Positions 11,743 to 26,271 of a DNA stretch of 64,000 bases are shown here, in pieces. Numbering within the stretch: the stretch's first letter is position 1; every line of letters begins with the position of its first letter. A program made the position numbers and the translations under genes. The notes beneath the pieces are model-generated. The model worked only from the letters and a program-made list of their open reading frames with translations, was not told the origin of the DNA and did no database searches. This DNA is from Anaeramoeba ignava BMAN (lineage: Eukaryota > Protista > Anaeramoebae), in contig JAPDFW010000063.1 of the NCBI GenBank assembly GCA_028826165.1, forward strand, positions 1,302,001 to 1,366,000, given 5' to 3'.

Positions 11743-14700
11743 TTAATTTTTTGAATGAGGAGCAAAAGCATTTGAAAAGGCAAAAACAGTTCTTTCAGGT
11801 TTTTTTTCTGTTGATTTTTTTGGTTCATTTTTAATATTTCTTTTGTTTGCTTCATTTTTTTCAATTTCTCTTTCAATTCTTTGAATTTCTTTTGGTTGAT
11901 TTTGATTTTGATTTTGATGGTTAAAATGATTTTGGTTGATTTTGATTTTGATCTTGATTTTTATCTTGTTTCAATGATTTTAATTTCTTTTGAATCATCA
12001 TCAATATTAAATTTATATGGTGAAAATGGTTTTGGTTGATTTTGATTTGGACTTCTTTTGTTTCTTTCATTTCTTTTAATTTCTCTTTCAATTCTTTGAA
12101 TTTCTTTTAGTTGATCATTTTTATTTATTGATTTAGTTGGTGAAAATGATTTTGATTGATTTTGATTTTGATCTCTTTTGTTTGCTTCATTTTTTTCAAT
12201 TTCTCTTTCAATTCTTTGAATTTGATTTTGATCTTGATTTTTATCTGTTTCAATGATTTTAATTTCTTTTGAATCATCATCAATATTAAATTTATATGGT
12301 GAAAATGGTTTTGGTTGATTTTGATTTGGACTTCTTTTGTTTTGCTTTCATTTCTTTTAATTTCTCTTTCAATTCTTTGAATTTCTTTTAGTTGATCATT
12401 TTTATTTATTGATTTAGTTGGTGAAAATGGTTTTGATTGATTTTGATTTTGATCTCTTTTGTTTGCTTCATTTTTTTCAATTTCTCTTTCAATTCTTTGA
12501 ATTTCTTTTAGTTGATCATTTTTATTTATAGGTTTAGTTGGTGAAAATGATTTTGGTTGATTTTGATTTTGATCTTGATTTTTATCTGTTTCAATGATTT
12601 TAATTTCTTTTGAATCATCATCAATATCAAATTTATATGGTGAAAATGGTTTTGATTGATTTAAATTTGGATTTCTTTCAAATTCTCTTAGATTATTGTT
12701 TTTTCGATCTTCTTGTTTATTTGGGAAATTTTTTTGTTCAAAATTTAAACCTTCTTTTTTAATTAAAGATTTTGGGCTCTTTTCTTGAGCTTTTCTATTT
12801 AATTTTGGTGAAACTTGAGAATGTAAATGAGGATTTTCATTTTGAAATGAATTTTTTGGAGATCTTGAATTTGGAGATTTAGATTTAACTTGTGGTTTTA
12901 ATTGAGGCTTTCTTGCATTTGAATTCGATAAATCTTTTGGTGATTTTGCCTTATTTGGTAATAAACTATTGGGAGAATTTATTCTTTTTGTTGTTGTTGA
13001 TTTTGTTCTTGGTTTTGAATGATCTTCAAATGGAGATATTTGTTTTTGTCTTGAAGTTATTTCTCTTTTTTTCAAATTTGGATTTGCATTGAATTTGTAA
13101 CTTGGATCAAATTGTGTTTTAAGATTTGTTTCTGTTTTTCTTCTTTGATTTGGAAATCCTTTATTTTGATTTCCTTGATGAAATAAAGGTGATTTTTTAA
13201 AAGGAGACAAATTTTTTGGTTGTTTTTCTTCAATTTGATTTTGATTTTGATTTTGATTTTGATTTTGATTTTGATTTTGATTTTGATTTTGATTTTGATT
13301 TTGATTTTGATTTTGATTTTCAAATTTTGAGTTATTTTGTATATTTTCTGTTTGAAAATTAATTGGATTCTCATTAAAAGTTTCCTTTGTTGATTGGGCT
13401 CTTCTTCTTTCGTGATGATAAATAGAAGGATTTGATTGATTTTGTAAAGAATCATCTTTTTTAACTGGAAGAATATTATCTTGTGTTTCTTTTTGAGTTT
13501 TTGGATTATCATCTAATGTTGTAATATTTAATAACTTTTCAAATTTAAATTTGATTTCATCTCTTGCTTTTGCACGAAGAGAATAATATTCTGGTTTAAC
13601 AAAACTTGTTGAAAAAAAAGGATGATGATGTTGATGCTGTTTTTCTTCATCTTGATTTTTGTGTTGTGTATTAATTGGATTATTCGTATTTTGATTTATA
13701 TTTTGATTTACATTTTGATTTATATTTTGATTCATATTTTGATTCATATTTTTGGGTTTTCTTGTTCTTGTTGTTGTCCATCCTTTGTTTGTTGGATCAA
13801 TCAAAAAATCTTTCATTTCTAATAAAAATTCTTTTTCTTTTTCTTCTTCTTTTTCTTCATTTTCTTCTTTTTCTTCTTTTTCTTCCTTTTTTATCTTATT
13901 TTCAACAGCAAGTCGGTTTTTTCTTAAATATCTTGATAAAGTATTATGAGAAGAAATTGAATTTTGAGAAAAACTATTAAACATTGAAATTGTATCATTT
14001 ACTCTAATAGAGCCTCTAATAATATTTTTGTTTTCTGTTGTTTTTTGATCCAAATCTCTTGCTGTGACATTTTTATTTTTTGGTTTGGGTTCTTGTTTTT
14101 TTTGATTAAAATCGATTTTAATTTCTTCTCTTTTTGAATTTGGTTTTTTTTGATTAATTTCTTTTTGGTTAATTATTTCTTTTTGATTAATTATTTTTTT
14201 TGGATTGATTTCTTTTTTTGGATTGATTTCGTTTTGATTGAATTTGTTTGGATTGATTTCTTTTTGATGAAATTTGTTTTGATTTATTTCTTCTTGCTTT
14301 AATTTGTTTTGGTTAATTTCTTCTTGGTTTAATTTGCTTTGATTTATTTCTTCTTGATTAAATTTGTTTTGATTTAATTTCTTCTTGATTTAATTTGTTT
14401 TGATTAATTTCTTCTTGATTTAATTTGGTTTGATTAATTTCTTGATCTGATTCTTTTTCGCTTATTTCTTGATCTGATTCTTTATTTTTTTTTGATCTTA
14501 TATTTTTGAATTTCTCTTTGATTTTTGTTTTCAGGCTTTTAGATTGTGATTGATTTTCATCTTGTTTATTTTTATTTTTTTTTGAAAAAAAGCTTCCAAA
14601 TCTTTTTCCTTGATTTTTTTCCGTTTTTTTTGAAGATTTAGATTGATCATTTAATCCACTAGATGTCATTATTTCTCTTTCTCTACACCAAACTTCAAAC

Positions 14701-16769
14701 ATTTGAGTATGTCTAAAAGCTTCCAAAAACTAAAAAATTTTAATTTTAAATTTTGATTTTAATTTTTAATTTTAATTTTAATTATTTTTACTTTTTTAAT
14801 TTGTTTTTTCTTTTCTGAAATGAATGTATCAACATCAAAAACATGTGATTTTATGTGTTCATTATAGTTTATATATGACGAATAATTTTGTAAAATTGTA
14901 ATAAAGAATTCAACAAATTCTTCAATAATTAGTTGAAATTCACAAGGTTTGTTTTCTATTTAATTTTAAATTTTAATTTTAATTTAGATTTAATTTTAAT
15001 TTTAATTTTAAATTTAATTTTAAATTTAATTTTAATTTTGATTTTAATTTTAATTTTAATTTTAATTTTAATTTTAATTTTTTCAAATAATTTCCAAATA
15101 TTTTCTACTTTTGAAAAGTGTTTGTTGCTTTTTCATTGCTTTAATAAGTTTTGTTGCTCTTCCAGAAGGAATTAATGCAATATCTGCAGGATCGAATTCT
15201 ATAGAATTTTTATCCAAATCAACAAAAACAACTTCATCTAAAGGAAGAGAATCAACAATAGGAACTAAATTACTATGAATTCCAATAATAATAGGCATTG
15301 GAGAACAAGCAGTATCAATTAAAGATTCAGGGAGAATTGGAATAAAAACATGCTATTTGCAAAATTATAGTATTCATTTTAATTTGGATTTGATTTGATT
15401 TGATTTGATTTGATTTGATTTGATTTGATTTTGATTTTGATTTTGATTTTGATTTTGATTTTGATTTTGATTTTGATTTTGATTTGATTTGATTTTATTT
15501 GATTTGATTTGATTTGATTTGATTTTGATTTTGATTTAGATTTGATTTTGAAATAGCTTACATGCCATTGAAAAGGTTGTAATAAAGAAACAGATGCATG
15601 AATTATATTTGAAATTGTTTCGATGTTTGAAGAAATAAAAATAATTCTTCTTTCAAATAAAAGTGATGCAAATAAACATAAAATCAATCTTGAATCCAAT
15701 TTTGTAAAAATAGTTGAAACATCAATCTAAAATTAAAAATTTGAATTTGATTTTGATTTTAATTTTGATTTTGATTTTAATTTTGATTTTAATTTTGATT
15801 TTGATTTTGATTTTGATTTTGATTTTGATTTTGATTTTGAATTTGATTTTGATTTTGATTTTGAATTTGATTTTAATTTTGATTTTAATTTTGATTTTAA
15901 ATTTTGATTTTGATTTTTATTTTGATTTTGATTTTGATTTTAATTTTGATTTTTATTTTGATTTTGATTTTAATTTTAATTTGATTTTTGATTTTGATTT
16001 GATTTTAATTTTAATTTTGATTTTGATTTTGATTTTGATTTTGATTTTGAATTGAATTTACATCACCAAGTAAAGTATCAGATCTTTGAATTTTGATTTC
16101 TTGATTACGACCAGTTTTTGCATTAGAAAAATTAAAACCTAATGTTTCACCAGGTTGAGGAATTGGTTGATTTGATAAAGAAGTTAATAAAGATAATAAA
16201 GAATTTGAATCTTGAATTTCTTTCATTTCAATTTGATTCAAAATTTCATAAAATATATTCAATAACGGTCTATTTAAAAAAACAATAAAAAAAAAACAAT
16301 TAAAAATTTTTTAATAAAAGAAAATTTTTTTTTTATCAAAAAAAAAATATACAATTGAGTCAAAAAACACATCGATTCAATTTCTTGTGATTTCTTCTTT
16401 TGATATCTTCGTGTAATTCCATAAATTCTAGACCCTGTACCTCCAGTAAGAACAAAAGTAAAATTTTCACTTCTTTTTAATTAAAAAAATTAAAAAGAAA
16501 TTTAATTGTTTGTTTGTTTGTTTGTTTGATCTTTTTATTTTTTTATTATTTTGTTTTGTTTACTTTTGATTTTGTTCATTTTTTATTGAAGAAATGTTTG
16601 GATAACAAAATTGTTTAATTTTTTCTTGAAATTCATCTTTTTGTAAATTTGGGAATGAAAAAATATTTTTAACTAATTTTGAAATTGGATTTTTATTAGG
16701 GTTTGTTTGTTCTTTATCAAATGAAAAAATATAAAAATGATCAAAAATTTGATAAGTTTGGTTTTGCAT
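11743..16769 (-). CDS. DENN-domain Rab GEF (DENND1-like) with long low-complexity, repeat-containing C-terminus; multi-exon, apparent indels in the 3' part
   Basis: KIKQFCYP, FTFVLTGGTGSRIYG, LFASLLFERRIIFISS, LLQPFQWH|HVFIPILP..ACSPMPIIIGIH, VVFVDLD, FLEAFRHTQMFEVW. Confidence 0.82.
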
Positions 16770-16849
16770 TTTTTATCGTTTTTTTTTTTTAAAATGAAAA
16801 AAATGAAAAAAATGAAAAAATGAAAAAATGAAAAAAATAAAAAAATTTG

Positions 16850-17745
16850 ATTAGTGATTTATTTAATTGATTTATTTAATTGATTTGATTTGATTAATTG
16901 ATTTATTTGATTTGATTTATTTGATTTGATTTATTCGATTTGATTGATTTATTTAATTGATTTATTTAATTTGATTTAATTTGATTTAATTGATTTATTT
17001 GATTAAATGATTTAATTGATTTATTCGATTTAATTATTTAATTGATTTGATTTATTTAATTTGATTTATTTAATTTATTTATTTGATTAAATTATTTGAT
17101 TGATTTATTTAATTGATTTATTTAATTGATTTAATTGATTTGATTTAATTTGATTTAATTGATTTGATTTAATTGATTTGATTTAATTGATTTATTTGAT
17201 TTAATTGATTTATTTGATTTGATTGATTTATTTAATTAATTTGATTGATTTGATTATTTATTTGATTTGATTTAATTGATTGATTTGATTTATTTCATTA
17301 TTTCATTATTTCATTATTTCATTAATTAATTTATTTAATTGATTTATTTAATTGATTTGATTTAATTGATTTATTTAATTTGATTTAATTATTTGATTGA
17401 TTGATTTGATTTGATTTGATTTAATTTGATTTATTTAATTATTTCATTATTTCATTATTTCATGATTTGATTTAATTGATTTACTTGATTGATTTATTTA
17501 ATTGATTTACTTTGATTTAATTTGATTTAATTGATTTGATTTAATTATTTAATTGATTATTTCATTATTTCATTATTTCATTATTTCATTATTTCATTAA
17601 TTAATTTATTTAATTGATTTATTTATTTGATTTGATTTAATTTGATTTAATTGATTTATTTGATTTATTTGATTTAATTTATTTGATTTGATTTAATTTG
17701 ATTGATTGATTTGATTATTTGATTTAATTGATTGATTATTTAATT
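16850..17745. repeat. Degenerate (ttgat/tttaa/ttatttca)n low-complexity intergenic tract
   Basis: Read directly in the sequence. Confidence 0.8.
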
Positions 17746-17755
17746 TTCTTTTTTT

Positions 17756-19474
17756 TCATTTGAAAATTCTTCTTTTTGATTAAATTTTTGAGAATTATAA
17801 TTTCTTGGAGTGAAAATATGTTCTTTAAAAGTAAATTGTAAATCTTTTACGAAATCAAATATTCTGACTAAATCTTGACTGTTAAAAAAATGGATTTTAA
17901 ATTAAATTTTTAAATTAAAATTTTTAAATTAAAATTTTTAAATTAAAATTTTTAAATTAAGATTTTTAAATTAAAATTGTTTTTTTTCTTTCTTTTTACA
18001 GCATTTTTTCTTGAACATCAAGATCATCTTTATTTCTAATCCAAATTGATAAAGTTGATCTTTTATTTCTTAAGCTTAAAGAAATTCCAGTAATTTGGTT
18101 ATCATCAAAGGTAAAATTTCTTCCAATAAAATAAATTGTAAACAGAATCAAATATTCTAACTAAATGATCAAAAAATTTTTGATTTAAAATGAATTTTTC
18201 TTTTTGTTTTTGAATATAAAATTGTTTTGAATTTTTTTTTTACAAGTTCTTCAAAAGCAAGAGAACATTGTTCCTTTTTAGGAAATGCAGACCATTTACC
18301 TCCATTTTTATTTTGTGGATCTTCCCAAAGAGGTTTAATTTCAGACTTTAAAATATTTTAATTTAATTTAAATTGAAAATAATTTAATTTTAAAATAATT
18401 TAATTTTTTGTTTTTGAATATAAAATTTAATTTTTAATTTTCAAAAAATAATTTTAATTTTTAAAATAATTTAATTTAATTTAATTTAATTTAATTTTAA
18501 AATAATTTAATTTAATTTAATTTAATTTAATTTAATTTAATTTAATTTAATTTAATTTAATTTAATTTAAATTTAATTTAATTTAATTTAATTTAATTTA
18601 ATTTAATTTGATTGAAAATAATTTCATTACTCGAAACATAAAATATGTTCCTCCATTAGGTAAATCGCCTGGTCTGATTAAATGAGTATAAAAACCCCAA
18701 AAATCTTCAACATTATTAAATTTTGTAAGAATCTTTATTTGTTTTTCATAATCATAAGCTGTAGTTTTTGAGTCTCTTTGTAAAAATGGAACAAAATAAA
18801 ATGTATATTCATATTTTAAGAAATGTCGAGGTTTGAATTGATTTTGATTTGGTGAAAACATTGGATTTGGTTGTAAATTTGGTTGTAAATTTGGTTGTAA
18901 ATTTGGTTGTGTATATTTTGAATATTTTGGGGATTTATTTAGATTTTTGTATTTTTGTTTTGTGTATGAATTAGAATGTATAAATTGATTTTCATTTTGG
19001 TTTTTATTATTTTTGTTTTGTTTCGTATTTATATATCCATTTGAAGGTATAGTTTGGTTTTGGTTTTCAATTTGATTTTCAGTTTGGTTTTCAGTTTGAT
19101 TTTGATTTTCTTTTTCATTTTGGTTTTCAATTTGATTTTGGTTTTGATTTTGATTTTCATTTTCATTTTGATTTTGATTTTGATTTTGATTTTCAATTTG
19201 ATTTTCAGTTTGATTTTGGTTTTGATTTTGATTTTCAGTTTGATTTTCAATTTGATTTTGGTTTTCAATTTGATTTTGGTTTTGATTTTGAATTTGATTT
19301 TCAGTTTGGTTTTGGTTTTGGTTTTGATTTTGATTTTCAGTTTGGTTTTCAGTTTGATTTTCTTTTTCAATTTGATTTTTCGGTTTGATTTTGGTTTTGA
19401 TTTTGGTTTTCAGTTTGATTTTCAGTTTGATTTTCAGTTTGATTTTCAGTTTGATTTTCAATTTTATTCATCAT
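17756..19474 (-). CDS. EIF4E2: Class II eIF4E (4EHP/eIF4E2-like) with long N/Q/E-rich N-terminal extension; 4 exons, probable 1-nt indel near 19378
   Basis: HFLKYEYTFYF, YEKQIK, VEDFWGFYTHLIRPGDL, IKPLWEDPQNKNGGKW, LSIWIRN; Tyr at the W43/W56-equivalent positions, as in class II. Confidence 0.8.
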
Positions 19475-19834
19475 TATTTAAAAAGAAAGAAAAGGAAAAA
19501 AATGAAAAAAAAAAAAAGAAGAAAAATAATTTTTTTTTTGAAAAATTTATTCAACAAAAGTAAAAAAAAAAATAAATTTGGAAAGGAATATGAGTTTTTC
19601 GATTTGAAGAAGAAAAAGAGTAGAAAAGAAAAGAAAAGAAAAAAAAAGAAAAAACAAAATCCATTTTTCGAGAAAAATTAAAAGTCAAAAATTTGAAAAA
19701 GAAAAAAAAATAAAAGAAAAGAAAAGAAAATTCAAATAATTATTCATTTCAAATTCAATAAATTTAGTGAAATATATTTGAAATTTCCTTTTTTTGCTTC
19801 TTCGGACTGATTTGTTCTCGAAAAATAGAACAAA

Positions 19835-21490
19835 TTAAAAATAATTTTCGTCAAATGTGAAAATCTCATCATCCCCAAATTGCCTAAAAAGAATAGAAAA
19901 AATTTTAAATTTAATTTTAATTTTTTTCCGATTTTAATTTTAATTTTAATTTTTTTCCGATTTTAATTTTAATTTAAATTTTAATTTAAATTTTAATTTT
20001 GATATTAATTTTTTTCCGATTTTAATTTTAATTTTAATTTTAATTTTAATTTTAATTTTAATTTTAATTTTAATTTTAATTTTAATTTTAATTTTAATTT
20101 TAATTTTAATTTTAATTTTAATTTTAATTTTAATTTTAATTTTAATTTTAATTTTAATTTTAATTTTTAATATTAATTTTAATATTAATTTTAATTTTAA
20201 TTTTAATTTTATTTTAATTTTAAATTTGAAAGCTACATTTTGCTTTGTGCATTTTGTACAAATCCATTATTTTCCATTTCCATTTCCATTTCCATTTCGG
20301 CAGCCAAACCATCATCATCAGAAATGGCACTAGGACTCACAGATTTACACGTAAAAAACAGTATTCGCCTCAGCCTCGGATTACGGAAGAAATAATTGAA
20401 ACTCCACATTACACCAGGCTCATTAAACGGATCATGATTATCAAAACTCGGGATGTATTCATAAATTTCACATTCTTGTAATTTGATTTGTGCATCAATT
20501 TCAGTCCAAAGAAGTTCTGCTTGTTGAGGAAAATAATTCTCAATTACTGAATTTAATGTTAGGTTGATTTGATTTTGTAATAATTCTAAATGTTTTTCTC
20601 GAATAAAGTTGGTGTCTCTTAAATTACTATTTAATTTTGATTTTAATTTTTATAAATAAATTTTAATTTTAATTTTATTTTTAATTTTAATTTTAATTTT
20701 AATTTTAATTTTAATTTTAATTTTAATTTTAATTTTAATTTAAATTATAATTTTAATTTTAATTTTAATTTTAATTTTAAATTTTAATATTAAATTTAAT
20801 TTTAATATTAATTTTAATTTTAATTTTAAATTTTAATTTTAATTTTAATTTTAATTTTAATTTTAATTTTTATAAATAAATTTTAATTTTAATTTTAATA
20901 TTAATTTTAATTTTTTAATATTAAATTTAAATTTTAATTTTATTTTTTTTGATTTTAATTTTAATTTTAATTTTAATTTTAATTTTAATTTTAATTTTAA
21001 TTTTAATTTTAATTTTAATTTTAATTTTAATTTTAATTTTAATTTTAATTTTAATTTTAATTTTAATTTTAATTTTAATTTTAATTTTAATTTTAATTTT
21101 TTAAATTTTTTTTAATTTTTTTTAACCACTTTTTGTTTTTATTTTTTTTTTTCCTTTTTTTAATTTTTTTTTAATTTTAAATAAATTTAAAACAAACCTA
21201 AATTCATATTCAGGAAAAGATTGGTTCATTGTTGAAATTAAGTCAATTAAAGCTTTTCTGTTTGCTATTGAATTAAGAGTTCCAAAAGAAGATCCAATAG
21301 ATTTAGAAGGAGGTGTTTTAGATAAATCAAGAACAATTTGCTGTTCAACACTTTTTGCGAACTTTCTATCTTCTCTTGTTTGTTTGAGTGAATAAGCTTC
21401 AACTTTTCCAAAAACAATTCCACTTTCTGCAGGAACTGCTGTTAATAATGAAGTAATATGCGCTAAACCAGGACAATTTAAAAATTTCAT
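19835..21490 (-). CDS. MAF1: Maf1 repressor of RNA polymerase III; exons 21490-21198, 20626-20237, 19883-19835 (last exon tentative)
   Basis: MKFL, GKVEAYSLK, LISTMNQSFPEYEFS, LWTEID..I.L.ECEIYEY.P, DPFNEPGVMWSFNYFFRNPRLRRILFF. Confidence 0.92.
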
Positions 21491-22109
21491 TTTTTTTTTA
21501 AATTTTTTTTAATTAAATTTTTTTTTGTTTGTTGTTGTTTTTCTTAAAAAAAATAGAGTTGTTTAAAAAAATTGAGAAGAAAAAAAATGAAATTTAAAAA
21601 AAAATAAAAAAAAAATAAATTTAATTAAAAAAATTTAATTTGCCCTTTTTAATAAAAAAATTTGTTTTTTTTTTTGTTTTTTTTTTTTTTTGTTTTTTTT
21701 TTTTGTGATGTCATTTAAAAATTTAATTTAAATAAATTATAATTTATCAATAATTCCTTTGTATTTAAATTTAAAAGATTATTTTAAAAGCACATTTTTT
21801 TTTTTATTGATCTTTTTCTTTTTTAATTTTATTTTTATTTTTATAATTAATTTTTTAATTTAATTTTCCTTAATAAATAATAAAATTAAATTATAGAAAT
21901 GAAAGAAAGAAAAAAGTTATTGAAAAAAGAAAGTTTATTTTTTACTTTTTTCCTTTTTAAAAACTGTAAAAAAAAAAACGTAAAAAAAAATCATTTTAAA
22001 AAAAAATTACTAATTTTAATTAAAAATTATTAATTATTTATTTTTTTATTTATTTATTTATTAAAAAAAAGTGGAACAAAAAAAAAAAGAAGGGAAAATT
22101 AAATTTAAT

Positions 22110-25100
22110 TCAATTAACCCAAAAACTTTCGAATAATAATGAATCCAATGGTGGATAAAGCCAATTATTTGGAGATTCTTTAATTCTAAATATATGTTCT
22201 TCAATTTGTTTAGTTATTTGAGTATTTGATTTTCCTGAATTAAGTTCAAGTTTTTCTGCAAAATTATGTTTTGGAGAATAAGTGATATTTGTTAATTTAT
22301 CTCCATCAAGAAATTTCATTTCTGTTTGTTTATCTGGATTGAATTTCTCATCATCCCAATAAGAAGTAACTTTACTTCCATTATGAAAAGAGATTGAACC
22401 TTTTCCTTTTTTCTATTCAATATTTAATATTTAATATTTAATTTAATATTTATATTTTAATATTTAATATTTAATATTTATTTAATATTTAATATTTATT
22501 TAATATTTAATATTTATTTAATATTTATTTAATTTTTAAAATATTTTAAATATATTTAATATTTAATATTTAAATTTATTCATTTTAAAATATTTTACTT
22601 TTCCTTCAACAAGATTCATTTCAGATTCAAATCTATCTTCAATAATATGTTTAATTTTTCCTGTAGGAATTCCATTTTGAAATTGTCCAATAATTTTTTC
22701 TAAAATTTTAATTGGAATATTTGGAAAATTATCTTGTATTTGGATATTATTATTATTATTTTGGTTGTTAGATGTATTTGAAATTTCAATTTTATGAATA
22801 GGAAATGATTTTAAGGCTCTTTTTAATTCACCAAAACCATTTGGAAAATCTTCTTTCCATTCACCATCATAAGATAAATTTGAGTTAATAAATTCACCTT
22901 TTCCATGTCTACAATCATCCAACCATTCACCAGAATAACTTTTACTTGAATCATAAACGATAGTACCAAAACCACATTTTAGATCATTTTTCCATTCACC
23001 AGAATAAATTTGGGATGAATTTTTTGTAAGTGTTCCTTCTCCATTTCTCTAAATATTTTTATAAATTTGAATATTTTTATATATTTAAATATTTATATAA
23101 ATTTAAATATTTTTATATAAATTTGAATATTTTTTTATAAATTTGAATATTTTTATATATTTAAATATTTTTATATAAATTTGAATATTTTTATATATTT
23201 AAATATTTTTATAAATTTAAATATTTTAATATAAATTTAAATATTTTTATAAATTTGAATATTTTTATAAATTTAAATATTTATATAAATTTAAACATTT
23301 TAATATATTTGAATATTTTTATATATTTAAATATCCTGGATTCTATACCAAATTATCTTTCCAAAAACCAGAATAAACATCTCCATTTGAATAATTCTGT
23401 GTTCCTTTTCCATTTCTCAAATCATTTTTCCATTCACCTTCATATTTTTCATTATTATCAATAAAAGTACCAAAACCATCACGGAAATTATTTTTAAAAC
23501 TTCCTTCATAAACAGAACCATTTGGCAATTTAAGAATTCCTTTTCCATGATAAAGATCATTCGAAAAATCACCAACATAAGAAGAACCATCAAAAAATAA
23601 CAACTCTCCTTTTCCATTCCTTTTTCCATAAAAATAGTCTCCAATAAACTTTGAACCTGATTTGTAAATAACTTCACATTTTCCATTCAAATGATCATGT
23701 TTCCATGTTCCTTTAATAACATCTCCATTAGGGAAAGTGAGAACACCTTCACCATTCTTTTTTCCTCTCAGAAAACTTCCTTTATAAAAAGTTCCATTAG
23801 GATAACGAAGCTCACTTTCGCCTGTGGATATGGCATCTTGGAAATATCCTGAAAATTCTGTTTGATTATGAAATACATATTTCACAAATCGTGGTTGATT
23901 TGATGTAATTTCTTCCATTGTGAATCCACATTCAGTTACCATATTGTTAAGTGTATTTTCAATGAATTCTGTCTTAGTTGGTAATTCAATTTTTATTCTT
24001 CTTTCTGGAACAATAATTTCGAATTCATCAAGAGTTGAGATTGTGTATTGCTTTGAATCTCTGTTTTGATTTTGTGATTTGATTTTGCTATGAACTTTGT
24101 TATGAGTTTGGAATAAATTCTGATTGAAATTTTCAATTTGGTTTTGATTTTCATTTTCATTTTCACTGTCACTTTGATTTTCATTTTGATTTTCATTTTG
24201 ATTTTGATTTTCACTTTGATTTTCACTTTGATTTTCACTTTGATTGAAAATTTGTCTTTCAGTCTCAGTTTCAGTTTCATTTTCGGTCTCAGTCTCATCC
24301 AAATTCAAAATACCAAGATGATCTTTTCCAGAGGCTCTTTCTTTCAACCAAACAAGATTAATAGAAACAAAATAATCCAAAGAATAAACAGAAGATTTTT
24401 CGTCAGGAAGACACCAAGCAATAGCATTGGTGAAGAGATATAACTGGACGGATTTGCCGTTCATTTTTGGATTGTAGTCATATTTGGTAACTTTTCCAAC
24501 TTCAACACGAGAAATTTTGAGTTTTGAAATGAGTTCCTCAGATTGAGGATCAAGAATGATATCGTTGGAAATTTTCTGCTGAACAAAAATTGTGATTTCT
24601 TTGAACTCTTCCTGAAGTTTAATAAGATTTGGGATATCAGGATGATCTCTAGGTGTGATAACATAAAATTGCTTAACAAAAGATGCATATTCTTCAAGTC
24701 TTTCAATTGGAAGATTAAGAATATAACTGATATCGATTGGGATTTCGCTTTTGGAAATCAACTTGCGGATAAAACTTCCAGTTATTCTGGAACTCATCAT
24801 TCTTTCCAATTCTTTCATAATTATTTTCTGATTATTAACATAACCAAGATAATTTTCTTTGAATCCTGAAATAAATTCCAAAAAAACATCTCCAATGCAA
24901 CTTTGATAATTCCATTTCATTTTGCGACCTGCGAGTCTTGGAAAATAGCAATTTATTCATTGTATAAATATCCGATATTGGCTTGAAAATTAAATCAAAG
25001 GTTTCCTGTTGGATTGATGTTCCAATTTCAAGTGAAAGGGGTTTAATAATAAAATCGGAAAACATTGATAATTTCTCGATAAAAGCTTGTTCGTAATAAT

Positions 25101-26192
25101 AGAGTCTGTTGAAAATTTCATCTCTTGCTGTTTCCGGTCCTCGTGGTTCGTTTCCTGTGTGTATTCTGTGCCAATCAAGTATTAATGCTTTATAAGAGTC
25201 TGATTTTTTGAATTTTGCAAATGAATCGATTTCCATTAATCTTTTGATGGCATCAATTGCTTCATCGAATAAATCTTGACTGATAATTCCATCGTTGATA
25301 TTTTGTAATATTTTTTGTCGTGTTGTTGAATCTATGTTGATTTCATATTGACTTCCTGTTTTGACGAACTTAATTTAATTTAATTTGATTTAATTTATAA
25401 TTTATTTATAATTTTATTTATAATTTAATTTATAATTTAATTTATAATTTAATTTATAATTTAATTTAATTTATAATTTAATTTATAATTTATAATTTAA
25501 TTTATAATTTAATTTATAATTTAATTTATAATTTAATTTAATTTATAATATAATTTTAATTTATATTTTTTTACTTTGTTTAAAATATCAGGAATTTTTC
25601 CAACTCTTTCAACAGGATCAATAATTTCTTGATATTCACGAGCAGTTTTCCAAAATAAAATATTTTCAAGGGAAAGTTGTTTACAGAGAAAATATTGAAA
25701 ATAAGCAAGAGAAATATCATGATTTAAAATCTGGTCGAAATTTGACATTTCTTCAGGAATAACATTTGGGTCAAAATCATCAAGATCCGAATCAACTTCC
25801 TTGACAAAAGGATCTTGTCTCAAAAACGATTTTGCAGAACGTTCAGGATTGAATGTTTGAGTTTTGAATGTGGAATACATTGCATATTCAATTATTGGAT
25901 TCACTAAAGCATCGGGTGAATTTCTTTCTTCTTTTTTTGCCTTTTCTTCTTCCGTTTTTGGATTGATTAATCTTGAATCTGTTGCCGAACTGAATCGACG
26001 AAGTGATGGTTTTTTCATTAATTGAATTTGTTGCGCTTTTTTTTGTTGTTTTATTTGCTCTCTTTGTTGTCGTCGTTTTCGTATTTTAGACTCTTTTTCT
26101 TGTTTTCGTATTTCTTTTAATTTTTGTTTTTCAAGTTTTTGTTGTTCTTTTTGTTGTTCTTTTTCTTGTTTGGTTTTTTTTTTCGTACTCAT
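22110..26192 (-). CDS. RGS - RhoGEF(DH) - PH - MORN-repeat protein; 4 exons, apparent +1 indel near 24940
   Basis: RGS: ILNHDISLAYFQYFLCKQLSLENILFW..YEINID..LFDEA..LMEIDSFAKF. DH: IGDVFL, ILNLPIERLEEY..TPRDHPD. PH-like: LYLFTNAIAWC. Many Y.G.W/F......G.G MORN repeats. Confidence 0.82.
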
Positions 26193-26271
26193 TATTGAAA
26201 AATTTGAAATGAAAAAAATGAAAAAAAAAAATTGGAAAAAAAAATGAGGAAAAAAGAAATTCTCTTGATGA

